Below, piece after piece: positions 11,972 through 23,585 of a stretch of DNA of 64,000 bases (position 1 is the first letter of the stretch; each line of letters begins with the position of its first letter). The position numbers were made by a program, and so were the translations under genes. The notes under the pieces are model-generated. The model searched no databases and was not told the origin of the DNA. It saw nothing but the letters and a program-made list of their open reading frames with translations. The stretch is taken from positions 124,001 to 188,000 of the forward strand of contig JAUFOQ010000006.1 in NCBI GenBank assembly GCA_040285855.1, in the 5' to 3' direction. Origin of the DNA: Eukaryota sp. GEM-RC1 (taxonomy: Eukaryota).

Positions 11972-14091
11972 GTGAGTAGATTATTTTCTTCTATTTGTTT
12001 TGATAGGGTGAAAAGTAAGGCTGTGGAATATTTCAGACCTTTTCAGTTTTGTATTGGAATTGTAGATGGTACAATAAGTGCTAGTTTGATGACTGACATC
12101 TTTTTAAATTCAAATGCAGAAAATTATGTATTGAATGTTGATTACAAAAATGCGTTCAATTGTGTTTATCGCTCACAGATTCACTTGGAACTGTTAGATC
12201 ATTTTCCTGAATTGCTGTCCTATTTTGAAATTATGTATGGTCATTCATCATCATTAATTTTTCACGAACACACAATTTCATCCACTCGTGGTGTGAAACA
12301 AGGTGATCCTTTGGGCTCTTTTTCTTTTCTGTTTGCCGTTGCAAAGAATTCTTCGCAAATTCTCAAGCGAATTCCCAGGATTAAGGTTGAACTCGTATGC
12401 TGATGATACCTCTTTGGTTGGCCCTTTGGAAGTCATTAAATCGAGTTTTCCTCGTTTTGTTGAATTGTCTTCAAGTATTGGTTTGTCAATTAGTTTTCAA
12501 AAATGTCTGGTCATTGGACGTTCTTCAGTTCATTTGAATTTTGTGGAATCTTCCATTCCGTTTGTCAATTATTCAGATGAATGTGTCAAGTTTTTGGGCA
12601 ATTACATTGGTAATGATGACAAAATTAAGGAGACTTTATCACATAAGAATAATTGTATCTTTCAGCAGCTTAACCAAATTGTTGATCTAGATGTCAGCAA
12701 ACAAGTTTCTTTTGCTATGCTGCAAGTGTGTTTGGGTGGTAAAATTAATCACTTTTTACGTGGTTTACCGCCTGAACTAACTCTCGAATTATCTCGTAAT
12801 TTTAATTCATTGCGCACAAATTTTGTTAGATATCTGGTTGGTAACAAAGACTCTTCACTTCCTTCTCATTGTTTCGCTTCTACTTCTTTTTGGTGGTATT
12901 GGTTTCACGAAAGCTAAGTACATGCGTGAGGGTGCCTTTTGGGGTCTTTAAAGAATTTTTTGTTAGAATTTCAGAATCGTTATCCTGTGTTATGGAAAAC
13001 GAAAGATTTTTTACTTCACTCACCTTGTACATGGTTAATTAGTCTTCAAAATTTAATTGATAGTCTTGACTCCAATTTGTGGTCAGATGTATTTCCTGTT
13101 GGGGTAACAGAAATTCAGCAGAGAAGCATTTTCTCTTTGCCTTTGTGTGTTCGCAAGTTACAGAAGAAGTTTGTTTTGTTTCACGAAAGCTTGGACTTTA
13201 AAAAGCGTATTAGCTTGGCTAAGACGAACAGTCCCGCTTTTTGTGCTTTTTTGAATGATATTTCTTCAAGCGCTGCGTCTTCTTTTGTTTCCCGTTTGCC
13301 AAGAAAATTTTGTTTTAATCTTAAGGATCATGAATGGCTTATAAACATGAGACTTAGGTTGGGTTTATGGCCTTCAGGTCTTTTGAAGCATTCTCCATGT
13401 CTTTGTGGTCGTTCAAAGGCTTCAAATTTTCATCATTTAGTTAACTGTCATCAATTTATTCATTTTCGATCAATTATTCACAACAGTATCCGAGATACAT
13501 GTTTGGATATGTTTAAGGCTAATGGTTTTCATGGAATAATTGAATCTTTACTTGCTAATCTTTCTGATCAGCCAAAAGTTGATACATGTAGAAGTCGTGG
13601 TGATTTGATTGGTCCTTGGTTATCTTGTCAGGAAATTATCATGGATTTCACGACTGTTGATCCTTGTAATTCAAGATCAATTTCCAAAATTTTTGATGAT
13701 GATTTTTCTGCTCTTGAAGTGGCTGAAATAGGAAAAAATACAAAGTACTGTCACTTAATTAACCAATTGAATGTTGACAGGTACAATTCTTTTGTGTTTC
13801 AACCTTTTGCGATGTCGATATACGGTAATATTGGACCAGCTGCACAAGGTTTTTTAACCTCCTTTGGTAAATTGTGTTCTGAGTATGGTAAAGTTTTCAA
13901 TGAAAATTTTTGGTTGAGTAGGTTAACGTTTGCGTTGTTTCGTTCAATGCACAGATATTTTAATTCAATTTTAGGTAAGTTGTTCGGTGATGGACAGAAG
14001 GATCATAGTTTAGATACTTTAGTTAGTGTCTGTTAGTTATTAACTTCTGCAAATACATTTATTTCACTGACTGATCATAAACCCCGTTTTT
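11972..14091 (+). mobile_element. 5'-truncated CRE-like non-LTR retrotransposon (RT + restriction-like endonuclease)
   Basis: RT motifs PFQFCIG, VDYKNAFN, GVKQGDPLG, YADD, KFLG; CCHC knuckle CLCG..HHLVNC; HNSIRD; RGDL..DFT; AEIGKNTKY; FQPFAMSIYG. Frameshifts fall in T-runs. Imperfect flanking repeat tttccaaa(aag)tgaatgt at 11957-11971 and 14092-14109. Confidence 0.88.
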
Positions 14092-14094
14092 TTT
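14044..14094 (+). repeat. ~50-bp dispersed repeat, copy 1 (at the 3' end of the retroelement)
   Basis: cttctgcaaatacatttatttcactgactgatcataaaccccgtttttttt; near-identical copies at 53811 (+) and 55674 (-). Confidence 0.9.
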
Positions 14095-14237
14095 CCAAAA
14101 AGTGAATGTCATAATTGAAGAAAGATCAACTATTAATAGGATAAAGAAGCTCGGGGGATTAGTTCATTATCTCTTAACAGTTGATAGAGCAGAATACATT
14201 TTGAGACTAACTCACTTTGTTCAACTTCTGTTGTGAA

Positions 14238-17200
14238 ATGCCTTCTTATACTGAATCTCCTCTGATTCTACTACATCAGAGCGAACTCGTTAAGAGTCTT
14301 ACTCCATCAGTTTCTTCCCATTCTTTTCCAAGCAGCTTCATTCCTCATCCTTCTGCCTCTACTCACTCTGTTGCTGCCTCTAAACACAATCTTCTTCTTA
14401 CAGCAAAAGCACAAGATAACGTTCTGACTGTAATCGAATCGAACCTCCACTACAACCACAGTTTCTCTCTTCAGGTTGTCTGTTCATCCCCCATTCTCCC
14501 TGCAGTGTCGATCTTCGAGCACAAAGGCCGTACAATCGACATCTCCATAGTCTTCTTCACTTCATCAACCATTTACAAACTTGAAGCTGTTTTTGACAGA
14601 ACCTCTCTTCGATCCTGCACTTCCCTCGCTTCCCCTCGACCATCCATCCTACACGCTCTCTCTGCCGTCCTCTCGTACCCTCTCACCCCTAAATCTATTA
14701 CCCTCCGCTCTGGTTTTGCCATCGACCACTCTAGACTTGTAGCCACTTCTTCATCCAACTCTCTCCACGTAATCTCTCTTGCTGAAGATGGAATAACTCC
14801 GTCTCTGTCTGATTTGAAGTTCGGCTCTCTCCTTAAGAGAACTTTTGCAGGTAAAACTCAAGCTAAGCATCGTTGTTTGAAGCATTATAGATGTCTGGGA
14901 ACTGATTATTTGATTGTGATTGACACAAATGGTATCATGACAGTTTTTAACCTTCGATCACGTGTGATTTTGATTGAATATGATATTTTAGATTGTCTTG
15001 GTGTTACTGATGTTCTTGAAAACGCATTATTTGAAATTGTGACCGATCCTAAAGATCCAAATAATGTTCGCTTATTCATCAATTTTGAAAAATCTGATCA
15101 TTTTGGTATGGTCCCTTCAATTTACGTATTTGCTTTAAAGTTTCCTGCTGATCCCAAACGAATTAAGAAACCTCAGTTTGTTGCTGAAGTATTCTTTCCA
15201 GAAACTTGTCAAAATTTAAATATTTCAAAAATCGGCTCTACTCATGATAAGGTTTTAGTATATTTCGATTCTGTTAAATGTTTTCAAAACTTGAATCTAT
15301 CTACAAACAATGCTCTTCAGACCCTGGTTGAATTCAAATCTTTACCAAAATGTGCAGTGATCAATACTTTTGATTTGGAAGTTTCCCTAGTTGGAACTTT
15401 TGTTGATTGGATGGTGGAACAGTTGATTACTATTCTATCATTTAATAGTCATAATTCATCGGCGCTGTTAAAATATTTCTTACGTGATTGTCCCGTGACC
15501 AATCATATTTTGATTGATGCAGTTAGGCTGATTGCTCCCACCTTCCCGATCAATTCAGATACCGTATTTGAAGTCTTTCCAAAATTGAACAGCTTTTTAT
15601 GTAATCAACTGGGTATATCTCCTTCTGAATCAGTGGAACGAATCATCATTGGAGTCGCTCAATCACTTTATCAATCATTTTTGACTTTTTGGGCCCTTGA
15701 TTGTGACCCCAAACTCAATCAGTCATTTTTGATCACTTCTGATCACGTCATTTGCTTACGTAGTCTCTTGCCTGTTGAAAGCAGTGACGTTTTATATGAA
15801 GAATTAGCAGTCTTTGGACAACACATCACCAAGTTTGCACAGCGTTTGGATTTTCATGCAAAATTTAAATATTTCAAGTTTGAGATGTTATCGCAGGATT
15901 TTAAGACTTTTTTCGATATCAAGGCTTATGATCTTGGGCCTTTGTTTTTAGACGGTCTTGATTTCTTCCCACTGAGCTCTATTGTCGACATTTACGACAT
16001 TTTTGACTGTTTTTTTAATATTTTCTCTTCTGATAGTGGTTTTGTTCCGAGTGAGTTAGCAGGAATTGATATTTCCAGCTATTTCTTTAAGAAAAATGCT
16101 GTGAAACCGGAGCATCTACATTCTTCGCACTTCAATACCAAACAAATTATTTCAAATATTTTAAATAATCTAATTTCCGCATTTCTATATCTTGCGTGTC
16201 TTGTTGCTCCTTACTCTCCCATAGATTTGTCTCTCAAACACCAGTTAAATCGGCTTTTCTCCAAGTTTTTCCCAGTTTTACGCTCTTATTTGGCAATTGA
16301 TTTAGTCCTAAATTATTCCCCAATGGAAGTAAAAACTTTAGTAAGAATTCCTGAGGTTGCTCAAGACTTCTCAAGAACTCCTGTTTTGGAAACGCCATCA
16401 GCTCAAAACTCTATTTATTCCGCTCAAAATTTCAAAACTTCTCCAGAATTTCTTTCACAACGAGCTCTTGCTGTAATCACGTCGCTATCGTTCACTGATT
16501 TGTTGGTTAAATCACTGGTTGACCAACAATCAATTTCAAATATTCAACAAATATTTAAATTATTCTCTAGTTCTACCAATCCTTCGCCTATATTACTTTG
16601 GGCACAAGGACACAGCTATTTATTTAATAACTTCTCTGCAAAGGCCCTTGAAGTGTTTGGGAATCTATGTGCGCAAATATTTGTTGAAATTGAAAAATTA
16701 AATGATTTCTCCACAATTTATAGTCATCTAAATCTTGGTTGTGATCTTGATAGTTTTTATTTGTTTGTTTCTGAAGTTGCGGAATTAATCAACTCGTTTA
16801 AACTTGGAGGGCAAGCTGCTCAATTTGTTCATTCTGTAATCACGTCATTCCCTCCTGAGCTCCACTCGTCACTGATTGAATCAGAAATGATTGATTTACC
16901 ACCTTCCTCATTTGAAAAGCTGAAGGTCACTGGATTTAGATTTGCCATGGCCAGTGGACTTTTTTCACAAGCATTGTACTTCTTAAACCTCATGGTCAAC
17001 GGAAGTCAACAGACTGAGGCAATCAGACTGATGACGAATTCTGTGATTGCGAGTGGTCAACTCGGACTTTTTTCGGAAACTTTCATTTCTGAGTCAATTC
17101 TACAAATGATTGTTTGTCATTTGTTAAGGAAACTTAATGCTGCAAAAGCCTGTACTGATGGTATTTCTGCAATCATTTTTGATGGAGTAAAGGCTGGTTT

Positions 17201-17927
17201 CAGTTTACATTCTGTTTTCTGTAAGAGAAGTGATTTTTGTCCGCTGCAGAAGTAATGCGGTCTGTATCAATCATTTTTGATAGTTTTCCTGATGTCATTC
17301 AAAAGTTTGAAAAGTTTTCCAAGTTTCAGGCGTATGATCTCCGTAGTATGTCTCTCAATAACCTGGTTCTTGCCAATTGCATTGAGGGTCAATCAAGTGA
17401 TCTCTTCTTTGTCGATGATTCTGACCATCAATCAAATGGATCACGTCGACGCCGTGTCGGTGAAAACTCTGTCGCGGAAACTCGGCTTGATAAGTTACCG
17501 CAATCAAATATAATTGATCGATCTGCTTTAATCACAGAATCTTCTAATCTTCGGCTAAAATTGATTTACAATCAAATTTCTGATAAGAAATCTAAATCTA
17601 AAGTATCTCCAGCAGATTTTCTGTTTACATCAGATTTATCCATATTAGAGGAAGTGCTTGTTTATGCTATCAAATTGAAGCTTGATTTCAATCATGTTTG
17701 CTTTAGAATTGGTTCTCTTGTGAGTGAATATGATCTAAATTCTCCTGAAAATTCAAAAATTGTTGCATTTGCAAAGAAAATTTTAGGTCTTGATAGTGCT
17801 GATTTAAATTTCGCAATTCACGCACATTTTTTAAAAAGGTTTCAAAGGTTCTGGCGAAGTCAATCTAACTGATCTCAAAATGATGAGTTTTGATTTTCAT
17901 GCTCTTGTTTCTGATACTTCACGTTAG
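14238..17927 (+). CDS. Large (~1200 aa) protein, possibly a Nup160/Nup120-like beta-propeller plus alpha-solenoid
   Basis: A 1012-aa ORF continues in a shifted frame at a T-run (~17235) and probably again at ~17830. Beta-rich N-terminal third, helical remainder. The family call is a guess from size and architecture, and the end coordinate is approximate. Confidence 0.45.
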
Positions 17928-18955
17928 AGTTTAACATATTTTAAAACTACTGCTTTCAATGAGTTTGTGATTACAATGGTTGAAATTTGACTCAAATTGA
18001 ACTGACGAGTTTCAACAATATGTAGAGTTGTTCCAATCAATTAATATTTTAATATTTTCAATTTATATTCAGTAGGAACGATATGATGAATAAACACACT
18101 TTAATTCTAGTCTAATCGAAGGTGAATACTGAAAATTTCAGAAATGAGGACAGTGACGTTGTTTAATAAAAGTCAGTAAAATCAGTCCTAATTAAGTAAG
18201 ATATAAGCAATCAGTTACTAGAAATACAATTGTTTTTATCCGAAAATAAGCAAGAGTAGTATTCTCCGAAAACCTGAACGAGTATCATTTGAACAGTTAT
18301 CTGAATTTAGCTGAGATGTATACTTTTAAAATGATACACTGTTAACAGCAAAATTTGGGATGATGAAAACACCATCCGTCGCTATCAAATTATACCACAG
18401 ATGTACCCTCATAAAAGGAACTCACTCACTTGTGGGTTGATAAAGGGAATTGTTCTAAAGGCAGTAACAGGAGACACTTCCATCTTAAAGGATGATCAAT
18501 AAGTTTGAGAAACGAATCAACAAAGAATTTTGAGAAAATTGGTGGGTTGTCACTAAAGCTGACAGAGTCGAAGTCAAGTCATTGACAGCTCTTGTCGTAA
18601 TTTATTAGAAACTAATGAGAAAATGACAGTATTTACTCACAGCAATTAAATTCTACGTTGAAATTAAAGCGATTGATTTTTCTGATTTTATTCTGGTTGC
18701 AGTTTTTTAATCCAATAAGCTTTTGCAGTAGACACACAGAATTTGTTTGTTGATGATTTACTTTACTTGTGCACATTCCACTCCCTGCATTCGACTCCCA
18801 TGTGCCGTGATTGACTTTCAGTAGACTCCACTGAACTCAAGATTTAACTGAAGCCTCACTTGTGAGTCGGTTGATTAGGACCCAACAGATATTGTAGAGA
18901 GTGTGTATCCAATACTAAATTGTAGCATCTTTACGAATTGCTTTTGACACTACAT

Positions 18956-19186
18956 TCAAGAACATAAGTTTGCCAGTATGTGCATTAAACAGACCCCGTG
19001 TTTCATGCCAAATGAAGAACATGTACACCACTGTCCCACGCAATCATTTTTGACTGAAACTTCTTTGATGATGTAGGCAGCAGCGAAGTTTATCTTTCGA
19101 ATCGCCAGGGTGGACAAATGGGATGGATCACAACCAAATTCATTACTGATAGAAGACTGTTTGCGTATTGAATCACTATAGAACAT
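18956..19186 (-). pseudogene. SWIM zinc-finger fragment, probable MULE/Mutator transposase relic
   Basis: WCTCSSFGMKHGVCLMHILA fits the SWIM-like CxC-xn-C..H pattern; no intact flanking ORF. Confidence 0.45.
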
Positions 19187-19263
19187 AACGATTTTGGAAC
19201 AGTTACAATCAATCTACATTAAAAAATATTTACAATAAAATCATAAGGAAGAATTCTATCCTA

Positions 19264-20562
19264 TTAGATTCTCAATCGACTTCGACAATGTTTGTTTACA
19301 AGTTGCTTCAACTCTTCATCAACATCACGGGTTGACGTAAAGATATCAGTCACAGTCTTATTCACCATCAAGGCGTCAATAAAAGAACGAAGGGCGGGGT
19401 TTTGAACGTTGTTTCCTGATAACCAGAGTATGAGTAATGTGGTATTTTCCTTTAGTGCTTCAGCAAGAGGAAAGCAACCGTCATCAGTGATTTTGTTGTA
19501 GCCAAGGCCCAAATCAAGGAGACTAGAGTTGGATCTGATGGTTTCTGCAAATGCAACAGCCACTTCATTTGGCAAACCATTTTGGCCAATATTAAACTTT
19601 TTTAAAAATGAGTTGTGTTTAAGTGTTTCTGCTAAAGCTATGGCTCCTTCGGTCTTAATATCAGTATTACGGAGATCCAGTTCAACAAGAGACTCGTTTG
19701 AGATCAGCAATTCAGCAAAAGCTTTACCTCCTTCAACACCCAGGGGATTCCAGCTAATGTCCAATCTATACAAAGACTTGTTGCGTTTCAAACCCTTGCA
19801 TAAGCCTACAGCTTCTGCATCACCAATGTCCATGTGGGAAATGTCGAGCTCCTTCAAAGACGATGAGTTAGCCAATACATCGGCTAGACCAACGATTTCT
19901 TGTTCAGTAAAAGAAAAGCGATTACACACGAGCTTCTCAATGGTACAATTGTGCTGTAAGGCATCCACAATATGGGAGAAACCAGTACGGAACTTTGACA
20001 GCTTTAGTGATCTCACACTGGTGTTATGTTTCAGACTTTCAGCTAAAGTAGCCAGCATGATGCCCTCCTTGTCATCGTCACTTCCACACATATCGAACTT
20101 TGTTAAGGAAGTGTTGAATTTGACAGCTTCAGCTAGAGCCAGATGTCCCTGCATTCCAACGTGTCCCTCCGTGCCAATGAAATCGCCTACAATGAGAAAA
20201 GTTTCAACACTTGTGTTCAGCTTAAGTGCTTCAGCGATCGCCTTTGCGCCTTCGTCTTCCATCTTGTTACGTCGAAACTGTAGGGACTTAATGGTATTGT
20301 TTACCTTCAAACCTTCCGCCAGGATTGTGGCCATCTCATCGTCAATATTACAGGATTCGAGATGGAGACGTTGAGCTTTACTTTTGGTCATGATGACGTC
20401 CCTGAGCGCTTCGATGTCAATTCTAGAAAACAATTTGCGTTCAATGTCAATATCTTCTTCATCATTTCGATCAATCGTTTGTAGTAAACGTTGCATGGCT
20501 GGATGAAGATTCTTTTGTTCTTCTTCACATTGTTCCGAGTTCAACTGGTCAGAGGCAGTCAT
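19264..20562 (-). CDS. RNI-like leucine-rich repeat protein
   Basis: Tandem 28-aa repeats (LAEGLKVNNTIKSL, LAETLKHNSFLKKFNI, LAEALKENTTLLILWL). Confidence 0.85.
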   Translation of the reverse strand: MTASDQLNSEQCEEEQKNLHPAMQRLLQTIDRNDEEDIDIERKLFSRIDIEALRDVIMTKSKAQRLHLESCNIDDEMATILAEGLKVNNTIKSLQFRRNKMEDEGAKAIAEALKLNTSVETFLIVGDFIGTEGHVGMQGHLALAEAVKFNTSLTKFDMCGSDDDKEGIMLATLAESLKHNTSVRSLKLSKFRTGFSHIVDALQHNCTIEKLVCNRFSFTEQEIVGLADVLANSSSLKELDISHMDIGDAEAVGLCKGLKRNKSLYRLDISWNPLGVEGGKAFAELLISNESLVELDLRNTDIKTEGAIALAETLKHNSFLKKFNIGQNGLPNEVAVAFAETIRSNSSLLDLGLGYNKITDDGCFPLAEALKENTTLLILWLSGNNVQNPALRSFIDALMVNKTVTDIFTSTRDVDEELKQLVNKHCRSRLRI

Positions 20563-21322
20563 TTGATTCAATGAAAGAGGAAAAGTAGACTTCGAAGACT
20601 ATGAACACTACGATTTTTCGAACACGGTCTGATTCAATTTGAGAGGATCATAATCCAAGACCCATTTGAACTTACTTCTTCATGTTCTTAGATGTCTTCT
20701 GATCGGAGTAGTGTTGCTTTCTTTTTCTACTTGTAGTTTTATCTGAGTTTTCTAGATACACTCTCCTGTCATTGAGTCACATCTCTTTTAGTGCCAGTAT
20801 TAATACCAAGAATCCTCATACTGATGATTCTTTGACCATCGCGTGTCTTGTTCCTCGTTATCTACATTACTTGGGGAAGACCATTTCTATCCAGAGTACA
20901 AGTTCAGGAATGGTTACAGGCTACTCTGGTTCAAGCGGAACCTTACTGTATTAATGGTAAATAGAACGTTGATGATACTTTCTATTGAGTAGAAGCTACA
21001 AAATGATAAAACACCCTCTTTCTCCACCAATGGAATTGTTTGATACTTTGCTGGTATGTAGAAAATACCTACAATGAGGGACACTTCGACGTTCATCTAA
21101 TGTACTGGTGATCTCGATTCTTCATCTATATTTTCATGAACTAACTTTTCACAGATGACAGGATCCAGACGGAGACTCTATCTTTAACGACATAGAATTG
21201 GTTTGATGGTGTTTGCTGGTGTAAATCCCTAAAAAGGAAGACATGAAATTACCACTGTAATATTTGGTATGGCTTAACATTCTCACTGAGACGTTCTTGG
21301 TGATTCGTTTTTCCTCATTTGA

Positions 21323-23413
21323 ATGAAAATACTGTACAATGTGAGTGCAAAAGCCTTTGAATTTGTAGATTACATAATATTTCCTGCTTCAATTATTACA
21401 AACGACAATGAAACTATAGACGTCCATAATTTACTTTACACAGTTCAGGAGTATCCACTTCATTTTCTTAGAAATTCTCTTCAAATCTCAGATTACTTGG
21501 AAGCCAAGGGTGCTAAGTTGTATAATGTAATTCCTCTAAGTTTAGAGAATACGCCTTGTTTTTTCCCAATAGATACCAGAACTCTTTGGGACTGGCTAAG
21601 CACTGTTTTGGATATAGGAATAATGATAAGAAGATTGGTCCATTACATTCGAAAGTGACAATTTATATGAGTCAAGACCAGATCACCAACATGACCCATT
21701 CTCAACAAGATTACTGGAAAAGATGGTTTAACTGTGATGACAGAACTTTTCACAAAGCCAATTTTGAATTCAACAACTATGCTGTAACTGATGGAATTTC
21801 GATTTGTTTTCAATTTGTGAGAAAGGATCTGAAAGGAATGAAATGTAACCTGATTCAAGTAAAGCTTCAGTAAAAGTACAAGATTTCAATGAATGTGATA
21901 GGTCTGATTATATTTCTAAACAAATGGTTTATGTGGACATTGGAAAGAGAGATATGCAGGGGTTGGAAATATTGCATTGACAATATGTTGGATTGTTCTT
22001 TTGGAAATCAATACAAGTATATTGCTTGTTTGGGTAACCAATACAATAGTATTGTTCATATTGTATTGGAAATTATTGGAGAAGTCATTTGATCGTTTTC
22101 AAAAGTTATACTGTATTTAGATGTAAAAACAATACTTTATACTCTAAATAAACAAAACAATTCTTACTCATCACTATTCGCTTCTTCATCTTCTGGACAC
22201 CAATGTTGTCCACACATTTCACTGACCGTCGAAAAGATCCCAGAGTTCGTTGTTGTAATGGCCACACTTCAGTGTTTTCAGACACCGGGATATTGTGAGC
22301 ATCCTCCACGATCATTTCTCCATCAGCATTGGTGCGGACAAGCTCGTGCTCAAGTCCAAGATATTTGAAAAATAGCAGAGACAACTCCTTGTTTGAGCGG
22401 TGACAATGTGAGAGTAGTAGAAGAGTGAAGTGACTTTATTCTCTTCTAAAACCAATATGAAATCAATACTGGCAATAAACAGCAATATGGAACAATACAA
22501 TACAATACAGGGCTTACGCTACCAATTGCATATTGGTACCAATATATTGAAAATATTGTATTGTCAATGCAATATTTCCAACCCCTGGAGATATGCTACA
22601 ACTTGCATCTAAATCAAATAGGGAAACTCAAAATCCTCTAAAGAAATACAACTTCTTAAGATTGACATATGCTGAGTGGTCTAGAGTTTCAAGAAAGCAT
22701 AAAAGATTCCACCACTACCTTGTCAGAAAGAGATCAGGTACTAGTCCCTCAGGTCAGACAAAGACTATTGAGGAATGGAACACTTGGTTAGGTGAAGATT
22801 AGAATTCTAAGACAGTCAACTACAATAAATTTAGAGAATTTATGCTGAATAAATGTATTCACTACAATGCAACTAAAGACTTCTATGCTTTGCATATATG
22901 GAGGATTCACAAAATCCAAAATCATGTCCATAAGCAAAAGACAGAGTCTAAATTGGTTAACAGCATTGTAAAAACTTTTGGTAGCCGTGACAAAATTGTA
23001 CTATGTATTGGTGATTTAGGTCAGAAGCGAATGACCAACTTAAAACACAGTCCACCATCGAGAACTAAGACTTGGACTTTATTCTTTCAGAGAAATGGTT
23101 TTCTAACAGTGATGAATGATGAGAGAAACACTTCGTCCAAGTGTCCAGAATGTCATGAAGATGTTTTTGAAACTTCAATTGAGGTTGTCAACCCAAAGCC
23201 CAAATCAAGAGAGAAAAGAGAATGGATTCATCCACATGGCTTACTAGAGTGTAAGAGTGAACATTGTCTGGGAGAAGTCAAGAAGCGATTGAAGAGGAAA
23301 AGAAAGGGCATACAGTGCCCAGTCAAATGTATTGGAATCGTAACAAGATGAACATGTTCGAGCATTGGATGAGTGGAAGTGATGAGAGAGTACAGTATTT
23401 GTGTAGAAATTAG
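21323..23413 (+). pseudogene. Fanzor (eukaryotic TnpB-like RuvC nuclease), Fanzor1-like, 5'-truncated and disrupted
   Basis: Reconstructed motif order: YNVIPL..P.FFPIDT, YWKRWF, VTDGISICFQF, RuvC-I VYVDIG (Asp codon 21936), NSKT, QKTESKLV, CIGD..PP, RuvC-II DERNTS (Glu 23121), zinc finger CPEC..CKSEHC, RuvC-III YWNRN (23330-23344), C-terminal ERVQYLCRN* (stop 23411-23413). Broken by frameshifts, a TAG at 22800 and a MITE. Confidence 0.85.
21957..22587. mobile_element. Non-autonomous hAT-type element (MITE), 631 bp, inserted in Fanzor RuvC-I
   Basis: Perfect 29-bp TIR caggggttggaaatattgcattgacaata; perfect 8-bp TSD GAGATATG (21949-21956, 22588-22595); CAATA/TATTG subterminal repeats. Confidence 0.95.
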
Positions 23414-23500
23414 CTTTATTTTTGTTAGATGGCTGGTGAAACCCGGCCATATTTGGTTAAGTCCACATCGTCATGTAAAACCCCCTTCTAACAATAGCAT
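23414..23500 (+). ncRNA. Candidate Fanzor omegaRNA scaffold region
   Basis: GC-rich hairpin atggctgg-tgaaac-ccggccat (23429-23450, one G-U pair) 15 nt after the Fanzor stop, where omegaRNAs are encoded; boundaries are guesses. Confidence 0.4.
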
Positions 23501-23585
23501 TATTGAATCTTTGCATTCATGTAAAGCACTTGAAAAAATGGATCAACAAATTTATCTGATCTTTTCTCTTTGATCATCGATTTAT

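Noticed and set aside
19529..20374. 281-aa antisense ORF (also antisense ORFs over TOP6B, DnaJ, Tudor-SN and TauE)
   Set aside because: Shadow frames of real genes with no independent motifs.
20600..21322. Region upstream of Fanzor as its missing N-terminus or a partner transposase
   Set aside because: Only short stop-ridden frames with no recognisable motif or element left end.
22800..22802. In-frame TAG in Fanzor as evidence of stop-codon reassignment
   Set aside because: TAA, TAG and TGA all terminate intact genes in this window, and long conserved ORFs have no internal stops; this is pseudogene decay.
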